Notes: generated by a model not told the origin, from the letters alone. A stretch of DNA of 49,619 nt from an uncultured bacterium (GCA_938003595.1 CALKYH010000117.1:1-49619), one strand, 5' to 3'; shown: positions 32,324 through 42,361, numbered from the stretch's first letter. Numbers and translations are program-made.

Positions 32324-33871
32324 CTACCGCTTCTCCGCGCCGATCGGGTTGTGCCACCTGCGGCCGTCGATCCTCAGGAGTTCATCGCCGTTGTCGGGGC
32401 CCCAGGAGCCGGGCTTGTACTCCTGGATCTGGTGGCGGAGGGTCTCGGACTCCAGCAGCGGCTGGCAGACGGTCCACGCGCCCTCGACCTCTTCGCGGTG
32501 CTTGTAGAGGGTGCGGTCGCCGCGCATCGCGTCGAGCAGGAGGGGGCCGTAGGCCTCGACGACCTGGGCGTTGAAGGACGCGGCGTAGTCCATGTCGAGC
32601 TTGACGGAGTCGATGACGAGCTTGTGGCCGGGGACCTTGGCCTCGAGGCGGATGGAGATGCCGTCGTCGGGGGCGATGTTGATGACGATCCGGTTGGGCG
32701 GGCGCTCGGCCACGCCGCGGAACATCCAGGCGCGGGGCGGCTTGAACTGGACGACGATCTCGGTGAGCTTGCGGGCGAGCTTCTTGCCGGAGCGCAGGTA
32801 GAACGGCGCGCCCTCCCAGCGCCAGTTGTCCACATGGACGCGCATGGCGGCGTAGGTCTCGGTGTTGAGCGAGGGGTCCACGCCCTTCTCGCCGGTGTAG
32901 GCGGGGCCGGAGTCGTTCGCGGCGTAGCGGCCGAAGGCGGCGTGCTCGTCGGCGGTCTCCACGGGGATGGGCCGGATGGACTTGAACAGCTTGATGCGTT
33001 CGCGCGAGAGCGCGTCGGCGTTGTAGGACGACGGCGGCTCCATGGCGACGAAGGCCATGACCTGCAGCAGGTGGCTCTGGATCATGTCGCGCATGGCGCC
33101 GGAGCGGTCGTAGAAGTTCGCGGCGCGGGAGCCGACGCCGACGGTCTCGGCCGCGGTGATCTGCACATGGTCCACATGCTCGGCGCTCCACAGCGGCTCG
33201 AAGATGCGGTTCGCGAAGCGCATGACCAGGATGTTCTGGACGAGCTCCTTGCCCAGGTAGTGGTCGATGCGGTAGATCGACTCTTCCTCGAAGACCTGCC
33301 CGAGCGAGCGGTTCAGGGCGACGGCGGAGTCCAGGTCGGAGCCGAAGGGCTTCTCCACGATGATCCGCTGCCAGGGCACATCGCCCTTGTCGATCACGCA
33401 CCAGCGCTTGCCCTCGCTCACCAGGCCCGCGGCGCCGATGCAGGTGATGATGGGGTCGTACAGCCCGGGGGCGACGGACAGGTAGAACAGGATGTTCGGC
33501 GAGCCGTCGCGCGGGCGGGGCACGCCGTGCTCGTCGGCCAGGGCGTTGATCCGCTTCGACAGGTCGGTGTACTCGTCCAGCTTCGCGGCGTCGGCGGCGT
33601 GGTAGTGCAGGCGCCTGGCGAACGACGGCCAGGATTCGGCGTCGAACTCGGAGGCGAACTCCTCGACCGACTCGCGCATCTTGTCGCGGAAGGCGTCGTC
33701 GGTCATCGGGGTGCGCGAGACGCCCATGACGCAGCAGCGCTCGGGGAGCAGGCCCTGCTCGTCCAGCTCGTACAGCGCGGGGATCAGTTTGCGGTGCGTC
33801 AGGTCGCCCGAGGCGCCGAAGATCACCAGGACGCAGGGATCGGGCTTCTCGCTGGGCGGGATCGTGGGCAT
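32324..33871 (-). CDS. zwf: Glucose-6-phosphate 1-dehydrogenase
   Basis: VIFGASGDLTHRKLIPALYEL (NADP site), RIDHYLGKE (active-site motif), EKPFG. 515 aa. Confidence 0.95.
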   Translation of the reverse strand: MPTIPPSEKPDPCVLVIFGASGDLTHRKLIPALYELDEQGLLPERCCVMGVSRTPMTDDAFRDKMRESVEEFASEFDAESWPSFARRLHYHAADAAKLDEYTDLSKRINALADEHGVPRPRDGSPNILFYLSVAPGLYDPIITCIGAAGLVSEGKRWCVIDKGDVPWQRIIVEKPFGSDLDSAVALNRSLGQVFEEESIYRIDHYLGKELVQNILVMRFANRIFEPLWSAEHVDHVQITAAETVGVGSRAANFYDRSGAMRDMIQSHLLQVMAFVAMEPPSSYNADALSRERIKLFKSIRPIPVETADEHAAFGRYAANDSGPAYTGEKGVDPSLNTETYAAMRVHVDNWRWEGAPFYLRSGKKLARKLTEIVVQFKPPRAWMFRGVAERPPNRIVINIAPDDGISIRLEAKVPGHKLVIDSVKLDMDYAASFNAQVVEAYGPLLLDAMRGDRTLYKHREEVEGAWTVCQPLLESETLRHQIQEYKPGSWGPDNGDELLRIDGRRWHNPIGAEKR

Positions 33872-33902
33872 GGGCGCATGGTCGGCCCCTGCGCGCGCGG
33901 CG

Positions 33903-36002
33903 TCAAAGCGCGGCGGTCAGGCGCTGATGCCGGGCCAGGGCCATGAGCGGGAAGTAGTGCCGGTACAGGTGGTATCGGAGGTAGAACACCTTCGGGAACC
34001 CCGTCCCCGTGAACCAACCCTCGCGCCACGCGCCGGCGGGCTCGGTCACCGGGTGGCTGATGATCGGCCGGGGGCCGTCGGGCTCGGCCCAGGCGTGGGG
34101 CATCGGGCGGTCGAAGGCCTCCGGATTCGATGGGCCTTCGTTCGCGTCGAGCTGGGTCCGCTCGAGGTAGCGCACGGCGAGGGCGACGGAGGGGTCCTCT
34201 GGGCCGACGAGGAACATCAGCGCCATCGCGGCCCAGGCGGTCTGCGAGGGTGTGGATGGGCCGCGGCCCTTGAGGTTGTCGTTCAGGTAGGAATCGGCGG
34301 TCTCGCCGAAGCCGCCGTCCTCGTTCTGGATGGAGCGCAGCCAGTCGAGCGTGCGCTGGAGGAAGGGCTCCGCGACACTCTGCCCGGCGTGCACCAGCCC
34401 GCCGACCGCCTGCCAGGTTCCGTAGATGTAGTTCACACCCCAGCGGCCCTTCCAGGATCCGTCGGGGGACTGCTCGTTCTTCAGGAACTGCACGGCGCGC
34501 CGGATGGCCGGGTGGGTGGGGGAGACGCCGCAGGTCACCAGCGATTCGATCGTGCGCCCCGTGATGTCGGCGCAGGAGGGGTCCTGCATGGCGTTGTGGT
34601 CGGCGAAGGGGACCTTGTCCATCCAGGGGCGGTCCTTGGTGCGGTCGAAGGCCGCCCATCCGCCGTCGTCGTTCTGCATGGCGAGGATCCAGCGGACGGC
34701 GCGGCTCGACGCGGACTGCGGCTCGGCGGAATCGCCGGCGCGGCGCAGGGCCTTGGCGACCATGGCGGTGTCGTCCACATCGGGGTACCAGTCGTTGCGG
34801 TACTCGAAGGCCCAGGCCGCGGCGTCGTGGCCGAGGCGGACGCCCCGGTCGGCTTCGCGCAGGTTGCGGACCCAGTCGCCGTTCATGCGGACCTCGCGCT
34901 CGCGGAGCCAGTCGCAGCATGCGCGGACGCGCTCGTCGTTGTGCTCGGACAGGCCGGCCTCGGTCAGGGCGTAGAGCGCGATGCCGGTGTCCCAGACCGG
35001 CGAGAAGCAGGGCTGGATGCGGACATGGTCGGGCGCCTCGATGATGAAGCGGTCCAGCTCGTGCTCGGCGTTGCGGATGACCGGGTGCGAGCGCGTGTAG
35101 CCCAAGGCCTTGAGCGCGACCTGGATGTAGACCATGGGCGGGAAGATGGCGCCGAGGCCGTCGGTGGTCTCGGGGCGCATGCGGTCGAGGATCCAGGCCT
35201 CCGCGGCGCGGATGGCGCGCCGGCGTGTGGGGATGCCGCCGGCCTTCTGGGCGATCTTCAGGAGGCGGTCCACGCCGAGGAAGACATTGCGGATGTCCGC
35301 GGGGTTGTCGGCGTTCCAGTCCTGGTTGAGGCGGGTGCGCCGGGTGTGGTCGATGAACAATTCGTCGATGCCCTGCTCCGGGCGCAGCCGGCGCACGGGT
35401 CGGAGCGCGGTGCACAGGGCCAGCGGCAGGATCATGGTGCGCGTCCACGCGGAGACCTTGTCCATGTGGAACGGGAACCAGCGCGGCAGCAGCGCGATCT
35501 CCGGCGGGATGGACGGGCACGCGTCCCACGAGACCTGCCCCAGCCCCGCGAGATAGAACATGGAGAAGGTGTTGATCCGCTCGGCGCCGCCCAGGTCGAG
35601 GATGGCGGCGCGGGCGCGGGCCATGTGCCGGGCGTCGGTGTCGTCGCCCATGAGCTTGAGCGTGAAATAGGCCTTCACGCACGCGGAGATGTCCGCCGGG
35701 GCGCCGGGGTACTGACCCCAGGTTCCGTCGGCGCGCTGGATCATCCGCAGGTACGCCGCCATCTTGTCGAACTGGCGCAGCTGATCGGGCGTGGCCTGCG
35801 GCGCGGCTTCCTGACCGAGCATCCACTTCATCAGCAGGTACTCGGTGTTCAGGATGGAGTCGCCCTCGAGTTCGGCGCAGAAATGGCCGTCGGGGCGCTG
35901 CTTGGCGAAGAGGGCCTCGGTCGCGCGCGCGACGGCGCCCCCGGAAACGGCGGCGGCGCCGGGGGAACGGATGGCGTGAGGTTGAGCGGCGATGGTGGTC
36001 AT
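33903..36002 (-). CDS. shc: Squalene-hopene cyclase
   Basis: 699 aa. DVDDTAMV (DxDD protonation motif). Multiple QW repeats: QRADGTWGQYPG, QNDDGGWAAF, QSPDGSWKGRWG, QNEDGGFGE. Confidence 0.95.
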   Translation of the reverse strand: MTTIAAQPHAIRSPGAAAVSGGAVARATEALFAKQRPDGHFCAELEGDSILNTEYLLMKWMLGQEAAPQATPDQLRQFDKMAAYLRMIQRADGTWGQYPGAPADISACVKAYFTLKLMGDDTDARHMARARAAILDLGGAERINTFSMFYLAGLGQVSWDACPSIPPEIALLPRWFPFHMDKVSAWTRTMILPLALCTALRPVRRLRPEQGIDELFIDHTRRTRLNQDWNADNPADIRNVFLGVDRLLKIAQKAGGIPTRRRAIRAAEAWILDRMRPETTDGLGAIFPPMVYIQVALKALGYTRSHPVIRNAEHELDRFIIEAPDHVRIQPCFSPVWDTGIALYALTEAGLSEHNDERVRACCDWLREREVRMNGDWVRNLREADRGVRLGHDAAAWAFEYRNDWYPDVDDTAMVAKALRRAGDSAEPQSASSRAVRWILAMQNDDGGWAAFDRTKDRPWMDKVPFADHNAMQDPSCADITGRTIESLVTCGVSPTHPAIRRAVQFLKNEQSPDGSWKGRWGVNYIYGTWQAVGGLVHAGQSVAEPFLQRTLDWLRSIQNEDGGFGETADSYLNDNLKGRGPSTPSQTAWAAMALMFLVGPEDPSVALAVRYLERTQLDANEGPSNPEAFDRPMPHAWAEPDGPRPIISHPVTEPAGAWREGWFTGTGFPKVFYLRYHLYRHYFPLMALARHQRLTAAL

Positions 36003-36051
36003 GAGCGCTGTATTGGGATTTCCGGGGCTGCGGCGGGCGATCAGGAACCGT

Positions 36052-37320
36052 TTATAGGTTCGTCGTGCCGGGATCGGCGGGGTGATCGCGGTCGGCGCGG
36101 TTGTACGACATGCCGCCCCAGGAGGAGGTCCGGCCCCGGCGCAGGTGCCGTCGGGCCTGCAGGAGGATGTCGGCGACGAGCAGGCCGCCGAGGGGCTGGA
36201 GCGCCGCGGTCCAGATGGGGGCCTTGGAGACGCGGGCGAGGTAGGCGAGGGCGAACAGATAGATGCCCAGGCTGGTCAGGCCGAGCGCGGCGACGGTCCA
36301 CGGGAGCCAGTCGTTCGAGCGATCGAACGCGACGGGCAGCGCCACGGCGAGGGCCAGCGCGGCGGCGACGGGGGCCAAGACGAGCGTGAGCAGGACTCGT
36401 CGGGCGCAGATGGCCAGGCGCTTGGAGCGCCGGTTCGCCGCCTCGGTGTAGATGCGCCGCCAGCCGCGCCGGAAGGCGGACCAGTTCTCGTACATGCGGC
36501 AGTGGAGCATGTGCCCGGCGGGCAGCACGCCGGTGCGATGGCCGGCGCGGGCGGTGTGCCGGGCGATGGCGATGTCCTCCAGCAGGTGTGTGCGGACGGC
36601 CTGATGCCCGCCCGCGGCGTCGTAGGCCTCGCGCGTGAAGAGCATGAACTGGCCGTTGGCGAAGGCGCGGGGCTTGGGCCAGCGGTTGGAGCTGGACAGC
36701 GGGTACTGACGGAGCAGCTCCAGCGCCGCCGCGGGCTGGGCGACCAGCTCGTACCAGCGATCGACCGACAGCGAACTGAGGAAGCTCAGGAGGCCGAGCG
36801 AGCGCTGGCGCAGGAGCGCCACGGCAGCGCGGACGCAGTCGGGGTGGAACTGGGTGTCGGCGTCGGCGAAGAGCAGCAGGGGGGCGCCCTGCGCGGGCGG
36901 CGCGTCGGTCACCGCGCGCCAGACGGCGTGGGTCTTGCCGGCCCAGTCCTCCGGGCAGGCGTCGATGGGGAAGATCGTGAAGCGCGGGTCGCCGCCGATG
37001 GCGGCGCGGGCGACGGCGTCGGTGTCGTCGGTGCAGCGGTCCAGCGAGAGGACGACGCTGAAGCTCGGGTAGGTCTGGGCGCGGAGCGAGGCGATGAGCC
37101 CGGCGATGGCGTGGCCCTCGTTGTGCGCGGGGATGACCACGCACACGGGCGGGGCCGGGTCGGGCAGGGCCAGCGCCGCGCCGTCGTCGCCGGAGGGGAA
37201 GCGGCGCACCGTGCGGATGATGCGCACGGCGCCGGCGGTCCAGTACACGCCGCCGGAGACGGCGCCGACGCCGAGGGCCATGAGCAGGATGGAGAGCCAG
37301 GTTTCCGCGGACGCGGGCAT
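36052..37320 (-). CDS. Membrane-anchored family-2 glycosyltransferase (ceramide-glucosyltransferase/HpnI-like architecture)
   Basis: N-terminal TM, VCVVIPAHNEGHAI..LI.SL..Q.YP, FADADTQFHPD (DxD), FRRGWRRIY (QxxRW-like), C-terminal TM segments. The gene lies 49 nt upstream of shc on the same strand. The HpnI assignment is only a suggestion. Confidence 0.85.
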   Translation of the reverse strand: MPASAETWLSILLMALGVGAVSGGVYWTAGAVRIIRTVRRFPSGDDGAALALPDPAPPVCVVIPAHNEGHAIAGLIASLRAQTYPSFSVVLSLDRCTDDTDAVARAAIGGDPRFTIFPIDACPEDWAGKTHAVWRAVTDAPPAQGAPLLLFADADTQFHPDCVRAAVALLRQRSLGLLSFLSSLSVDRWYELVAQPAAALELLRQYPLSSSNRWPKPRAFANGQFMLFTREAYDAAGGHQAVRTHLLEDIAIARHTARAGHRTGVLPAGHMLHCRMYENWSAFRRGWRRIYTEAANRRSKRLAICARRVLLTLVLAPVAAALALAVALPVAFDRSNDWLPWTVAALGLTSLGIYLFALAYLARVSKAPIWTAALQPLGGLLVADILLQARRHLRRGRTSSWGGMSYNRADRDHPADPGTTNL

Positions 37321-37347
37321 GGTGGTGGGGCGGAGGCGGAGCGGGGT

Positions 37348-40300
37348 TCAGGCGGAGGACGACGAGCGGCCGTCGGTGAGGCGGACCTCGAGGGCGCCGT
37401 CGCGGATATGCAGGTCGCGCTGGGGGAAGGAGATCTCGATGTCGTTCTGGCGGAACACCTCGGCGATGGAGTGGTGCAGCTCGTTGACCGTCGCCAGGCG
37501 CTCGGTGACATCCGCGATGTAGACGCGGAGGGTGAAGTTCAGCGCGTTGTCGCCGAAGTTGTCGAAGGTGCTCAGGACATCCTGCACCTGCGGGTGCTTG
37601 CGCACGGTCTCGAGCAGCAGCCGTTCGACCAGGCGCGTGTCGGAGCCGTACGCCACGCCGACGGCGATGATGGCGCGGCCGGTGATGTCGGAGCGGGTCT
37701 CGTTGATGACGGTGTCGGCGATGAGCTTGGAGTTGGGGATGACCACATCGCGTCGATCGAAGTCGGTGAGGATCGTGGCGCGGATGGAGATGGACTTCAC
37801 CACGCCCTCGACATTCCCGACGATGACGCGGTCGCCCGGGCGGACCGAGCGCTCGAACAGCAGCGACAGGCCCGCGACCAGGTTGCCCACGAAGCTCTGC
37901 AGGCCCAGGCCCAGACCGACGGACAGGCCCGCGATCGCCCAGCCCAGGCTCTTGCCGGTGAAGCCCAGGGAGGTCAGCACGAGGAACACCGCGACAGCCA
38001 GCAGGGCGTACCGGGCGAGCGTGGTGGCGGCGTAGCGGGCGCCGATGTCCAGGCGCGTGCGGCTGAGCACGAAGCCGTCGAACAGCGGCGGCACATTGCG
38101 GACCGCCATCGTGCCGACGAACGCCGCGAGCATCGCCCCGAGCAGGTCCGCGAGCGAGAGCACGAAGCGCCCGTTCTCGCGCAGGGTGTGGATGTCCTCG
38201 CCCGCGGCGATGCTGATCGGCAGCAGGCGGATGTCGTCGATGCGCTGCAGCGCGGGGACGACATCGCGCCAGATGGGCAGGACCAGGAGGATGCCGAGGG
38301 TCCAGGCGCCGAGCGCGACGAGCTGGCGCGTCTGGCGCTGGATGGAGCTCAGGTCCAGCTCCTGGGTGACGACGGGGAGGTTGATCATGTCCTCCTCGTC
38401 TGTCGCGGGGCCGCCGGGCCGGTCGGCGCCGGTCTGCTGCGCCTGCTCGGCCTGCTCCTTCATCGCCTCCAGCAGCTTGCGGTGCTGCTCGAAGGCCAGC
38501 CGCCGGCGCGCGATGGCCAGCCAGCGGAGCATCACGGCGCGGGCCAGCACGATCAGAGCGACCACCAGCGCGGAGTCGAACAGCCGCCTCGCCAGCGACG
38601 CCGCGCTGAATGACCAGCCCAGCGCGTGCAGCACGCCCAGCGCGACGAACGCGCCGACGACCAGCAGGTACATCACCGGCCAGGCGATCCGCCAGCCGCG
38701 CCAGACGCTGGTCTGCACCACATTCTTCATGAGCGGACCGTGGGGCCGCAGCAGCAGGCCGAAGAAAACCACCATCATCGCGTGCCCGGCGAGCGCGGCG
38801 AAGCGCATCATGATGAGCGCGTCGGCCTCGCGGCTGGCGCGCGCGCCGGCGACGGTGAACGCCAGCAGGACGATGGCGATGGTGAACCACCGCAGATGTC
38901 GGCGCACCGACGCGGTCGAGGGGCGGGGCCAGCGGAAGTGCGTCTCGCCGATGCCGCCGGGACGCACGAGCCCCAGCAGGAACGACCCCAGCAGCAGCGC
39001 GTACGCGGCTCGGGCGAGGCCCGCGCTGCACCAGGACGCCAGCGGGAGCCCGGTGGTCTCCAGCCGACCGAACAGTCGCGAGAGGCCCACCATCAGCCCC
39101 GGCGCCAGCGCGGAGCGCGCCGCGAGCAGCCCCAGCGCCACCAGCGTCAGCCAGAACCGGTCGGTGGAGGGCATCTGCACCATCTGGTTGATGGCGCGGA
39201 GCCGGCGGCCCAGCCAGATGTACAGCGCCAGCGCCAGCATGAGGGCCGCGGCGCCGGACGCCGTCGCCGTGATCAGGAATCCCGGCCGCTCTTTCGCCTC
39301 TTTCCACAGGGCGGCCCAGGAGCCATGGCTCGCCAGGGGGAGGAACCCCTTGAGCGCCGTCTTGGGCGAGACGCGCGTGATCGCCGGGTCGGAGCGGATC
39401 CAGAGAATGCGCGCGTCGATGAAGCGCTCGAGGCTCTCGATGCGCAGGGCGAGTTCGGACTTCGCCGCCGCGAGCTCGTGCGACTGCTGCACCAGCCGGC
39501 CGGGTCCGTCGATGACCACGAGCAGGTCGCGCGCCGTCTGATCCTCACGAGCGTAGAGCGCGGTCGCGGCGGCCAGGAGGGAGTCGTCGATGCGGGCGAT
39601 CTTGTAGTCGGACCGGAGCGCGTCGCGGATCTCGCCGTCGGTGGTGGGGCGGAGGTCCAGCAGGGTCTGCAGCTCGAAGGCGCGGTCCTCGAGAGCGGAA
39701 GTCTCCCGGAGGATGCGCGTGGCCTCGGTCCGGAGCAGCGCCGGGTCCGGCAGCGCCTCGCGGGCGCGGAGCAGCAGCTGGCCGATCTGCAGCCCGCCGG
39801 GCGAGCCCGAGGCCCGGGAGCGGATCTGCGCGTCGCGGGCGGCCACGGCCTGCGCTGTCGCGCGGGTGGAGGCCAGCTCGGACTCGACGACATTCAGCCG
39901 CGCGACCAGACGCGTGTTCTCGCGGGTGAGGTCCAGCACGCGCTCCGCCAGCGGCTGGAGCTCGGGGGCGACCTCGTCGGCCGTGCGCCGGCTCTCGGCC
40001 TGCTGGCGTGCGGCGGCGCGCTGGCGGGCGTCGGCGATGCGGGCGACGAACAGCTCCTTCGCCTTGGTGAGCTGGGCCGCCTCGCGCTCCGCAAGCCGGG
40101 CGCGCAGGTCGTGCCGCGGGGCGACGGCCGACAGGAACCGCCGCTCGGTCTCGAGCTTGCCGATGAGGACCTGGGCGTAATCGCGCAGGGCCTCGTCGAT
40201 GGCGCGCCGGGGGTCGTTGGGGTCCGTCTCCGCGGCGGTGAGCGCGCCGGTGGCGACGAGCCGGTCCTCGGCGTCGTCGAGCATCGCGCGGGCGGTGGTC

Positions 40301-40821
40301 AACTCGCCGGGGATGGCCTCGGTGCGCGCCGCACGCTCGACCGCCTGCCGGCCGATGGAGTCGATGCGGGCGCGGACCGCCTGCAGCTTCTCATCGAGGC
40401 TGCGCTGGGCTTCCTCCAATGCGGCCAGGTCCGCGTCGGCGCCGGGCAGCAGCGACTCGGGCCCGGGCAGGGGCGTGTCCAGTTCCGCCTGAAACGCCGT
40501 GACCTGCGCCGCGGCGCCGTCGGCCTCGGCGCCCAGCGCCCGGTCCTCCTGCAGCAGGCCCGGGACGGCGCGGAGCCGCGCGATGGCGTCGTCCAGACGA
40601 GTGAGCGCCGCCTCGTCGGCTGGCTCGCCCTTGTCGTTGAGGTAGCGGGGTCGGACCGCCTCCAGCGCGGCGATGCGTGCGGCGATGTCCGCGTCGGTCA
40701 GGCCGACGCGGTTCGACGGCGCGGGGGACGCCGGAGGAGCCGAGGGCTGGACGGCCGGCTCGGTCTGGGCCGGAGCCAGCGCCGCGGCGAGCGCCAATAG
40801 GAGGATGCGGAGCATGGTCAT
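37348..40821 (-). CDS. Large mechanosensitive channel, MscK/KefA-like (MscS family)
   Basis: Signal peptide, about 480 aa of Ala/Arg/Glu/Leu-rich coiled-coil periplasmic region, and about 11 TM segments. MscS core: FVGNLVAGLSLLFERSVRPGDRVIVGNVEGVVKSISIRATILTDFDRRDVVIPNSKL. I prefer ATG 40821 (MTMLRILLLALAAALA) to the track's 40869. Confidence 0.85.
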   Translation of the reverse strand: MTMLRILLLALAAALAPAQTEPAVQPSAPPASPAPSNRVGLTDADIAARIAALEAVRPRYLNDKGEPADEAALTRLDDAIARLRAVPGLLQEDRALGAEADGAAAQVTAFQAELDTPLPGPESLLPGADADLAALEEAQRSLDEKLQAVRARIDSIGRQAVERAARTEAIPGELTTARAMLDDAEDRLVATGALTAAETDPNDPRRAIDEALRDYAQVLIGKLETERRFLSAVAPRHDLRARLAEREAAQLTKAKELFVARIADARQRAAARQQAESRRTADEVAPELQPLAERVLDLTRENTRLVARLNVVESELASTRATAQAVAARDAQIRSRASGSPGGLQIGQLLLRAREALPDPALLRTEATRILRETSALEDRAFELQTLLDLRPTTDGEIRDALRSDYKIARIDDSLLAAATALYAREDQTARDLLVVIDGPGRLVQQSHELAAAKSELALRIESLERFIDARILWIRSDPAITRVSPKTALKGFLPLASHGSWAALWKEAKERPGFLITATASGAAALMLALALYIWLGRRLRAINQMVQMPSTDRFWLTLVALGLLAARSALAPGLMVGLSRLFGRLETTGLPLASWCSAGLARAAYALLLGSFLLGLVRPGGIGETHFRWPRPSTASVRRHLRWFTIAIVLLAFTVAGARASREADALIMMRFAALAGHAMMVVFFGLLLRPHGPLMKNVVQTSVWRGWRIAWPVMYLLVVGAFVALGVLHALGWSFSAASLARRLFDSALVVALIVLARAVMLRWLAIARRRLAFEQHRKLLEAMKEQAEQAQQTGADRPGGPATDEEDMINLPVVTQELDLSSIQRQTRQLVALGAWTLGILLVLPIWRDVVPALQRIDDIRLLPISIAAGEDIHTLRENGRFVLSLADLLGAMLAAFVGTMAVRNVPPLFDGFVLSRTRLDIGARYAATTLARYALLAVAVFLVLTSLGFTGKSLGWAIAGLSVGLGLGLQSFVGNLVAGLSLLFERSVRPGDRVIVGNVEGVVKSISIRATILTDFDRRDVVIPNSKLIADTVINETRSDITGRAIIAVGVAYGSDTRLVERLLLETVRKHPQVQDVLSTFDNFGDNALNFTLRVYIADVTERLATVNELHHSIAEVFRQNDIEISFPQRDLHIRDGALEVRLTDGRSSSSA

Positions 40822-40893
40822 GGGCGCGGTCCGGGTGGCGGTTCCAGGGCGATGAGGCCCGGGGGGCACGATGGTACCCGCCTAGACTCGGCC

Positions 40894-41643
40894 ATGAATG
40901 CACAGCACAGCGATCAGGGCGGCGGAACCGAGGCCGTGTACACGCTCAGCCGCGAGGGCGCACGGTCCATCGACCGCGCCGCCGTGGAGGAGTACGGGCT
41001 GCCCAACATCGTGCTCATGGAGAACGCCGCGGGCGCCATCGAGGCCGAGGCCATCGAGGCGCTCGACGGGGTGGACGGCCTGGTCCTGATCTGCTGCGGC
41101 CCGGGGAACAACGGCGGCGACGGCCTGGCCGCGGCGCGCCGGCTGCACAACGCCGGCGTGCGCGTGGCGATCGCGCTGTGCGCGGAGGAGGCCGCCGTGA
41201 AGGGCGACGCGGCCGTACACCTGAAGGTCGCGAAGAAGATGGACCTTCCGATGCGCACCGTCCGGACCGCGCAGGATCTGGAGCTGCTGGTCCGCGCCAC
41301 CGAGGAGCCCGCGATGGTGATCGACGCCATCTTCGGCACGGGCCTGGACCGCGCGATGGAGGGCGCCGCCGCGGCGGCGGTGAAGTGGATCAACGACCGC
41401 GAGGGCGAGGGCCTGTTCGTGCTCTCGGTGGACATCCCCAGCGGCCTCGACGCGGACACCGGCGAGGCCCTCGGCGGCCTGGCCGTACACGCGGATGTCA
41501 CCGTCGCGCTGGCCGGCGTGAAACGCGGCATGCTCGCGGCGACCGCGGGCGACTATGTCGGCGAGATCGTGGTGGGCGACATTGGGGCGCCTGTGGAGCT
41601 GATCGAGCGCTTCGGCACCGTGTTCGACGAGAGCAACGGCTGA
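40894..41643 (+). CDS. nnrE: NAD(P)H-hydrate epimerase (stand-alone YjeF_N domain)
   Basis: LMENAAGA...VLICCGPGNNGGDGLAAARRLHNAGVRV...IDAIFGTGL...SVDIPSGLDADTG...VTVALAGVKRG. About 249 aa. There is no fused carbohydrate-kinase (NnrD) domain. Start is ATG 40894 or 40852. Confidence 0.85.
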   Translation: MNAQHSDQGGGTEAVYTLSREGARSIDRAAVEEYGLPNIVLMENAAGAIEAEAIEALDGVDGLVLICCGPGNNGGDGLAAARRLHNAGVRVAIALCAEEAAVKGDAAVHLKVAKKMDLPMRTVRTAQDLELLVRATEEPAMVIDAIFGTGLDRAMEGAAAAAVKWINDREGEGLFVLSVDIPSGLDADTGEALGGLAVHADVTVALAGVKRGMLAATAGDYVGEIVVGDIGAPVELIERFGTVFDESNG

Positions 41644-41650
41644 CCGAGCC

Positions 41651-42361
41651 TTACGGCTGCAGCCGTGTCGCCGACCACTCCCCTGCCTTGAACCCATCTC
41701 CATCAGCAGTGAGCGTGCGCCGCCACTCTGCCCGGTCGTGGACGCGCCCGGGCTGGCCGATCCACAGCTCCACCCGGTCCGCCCAGATGTGATAGCCGCC
41801 CCAGTTCTTCGGGCGCGGGATGTCCGCGTTCATCGAGCCGTCCAGCGGGATGCCCAGTTGCTCGGCCGCGGCCTCCACCCGGCGCAGCATCTCCGCGCGC
41901 GAGGCGATCGGCCGGCTCTGCTCGCTCACGCTCGCCCCGAGTCGCGAGATGATCCAGCGCGTCCGCCAGTACTCGTCGGACTCCGCTTCGTTCGCCAGCG
42001 TCACCGGGCCCTCCACCCGCGCCTGCACGCTCAAATGGTCCCAGTGGAACACGGCCGCGGCGAAGGGGTGCGCCCGCAGCGCCACGCCCTTGCGGCTGTC
42101 GCGGTTGGTGAAGAAGGTCGCCATGCCGCGGTCCGCGTCGATGGCCTTGCAGAGCAGGATCCGCGCCGAGGGCCGGCCGTCCGGGTCCACGGTGCAGAGG
42201 GTCATCGCGTTGGCGTTCTCGGTGAAGCCGGAGGCCTCCGCCTCCTCCAGCCAGCCCTTGAGGATGGGGAACGGGCTCGCCGGCAGCGGCTCGGGCAGCA
42301 GGCGGGCCCCGGCGTACTGCGGGGCGGGCGTGAACTTGGGCTTCGCGGCGGAGTCGGCCAT
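41651..42361 (-). CDS. pdxH: Pyridoxamine/pyridoxine 5'-phosphate oxidase
   Basis: NANAMTLCTVDPDGRPSARILLCK..D..G..FFTN..S.KG..L...P.AA..FHW..L..Q.RVEG...WGGY...DRVELW. I prefer ATG 42361 (MADSAAKP); the track start is 42409. Confidence 0.9.
   Translation of the reverse strand: MADSAAKPKFTPAPQYAGARLLPEPLPASPFPILKGWLEEAEASGFTENANAMTLCTVDPDGRPSARILLCKAIDADRGMATFFTNRDSRKGVALRAHPFAAAVFHWDHLSVQARVEGPVTLANEAESDEYWRTRWIISRLGASVSEQSRPIASRAEMLRRVEAAAEQLGIPLDGSMNADIPRPKNWGGYHIWADRVELWIGQPGRVHDRAEWRRTLTADGDGFKAGEWSATRLQP

Noticed and set aside
33903-37320. Complete hopanoid (hpn) biosynthesis gene cluster
   Set aside because: Only shc and one GT2 are present. No hpnH (radical SAM), hpnG, hpnA/B/C/D/E/F-type or MMPL transporter genes flank them in this window.
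40822-40893. Overlap of divergent mscK-like and nnrE ORFs as drawn in the track (40852-40869)
   Set aside because: Internal ATGs give a signal peptide directly (MTMLRILLL, 40821) and a normal-length NnrE (40894). This removes the overlap and leaves a 72-nt divergent promoter spacer.
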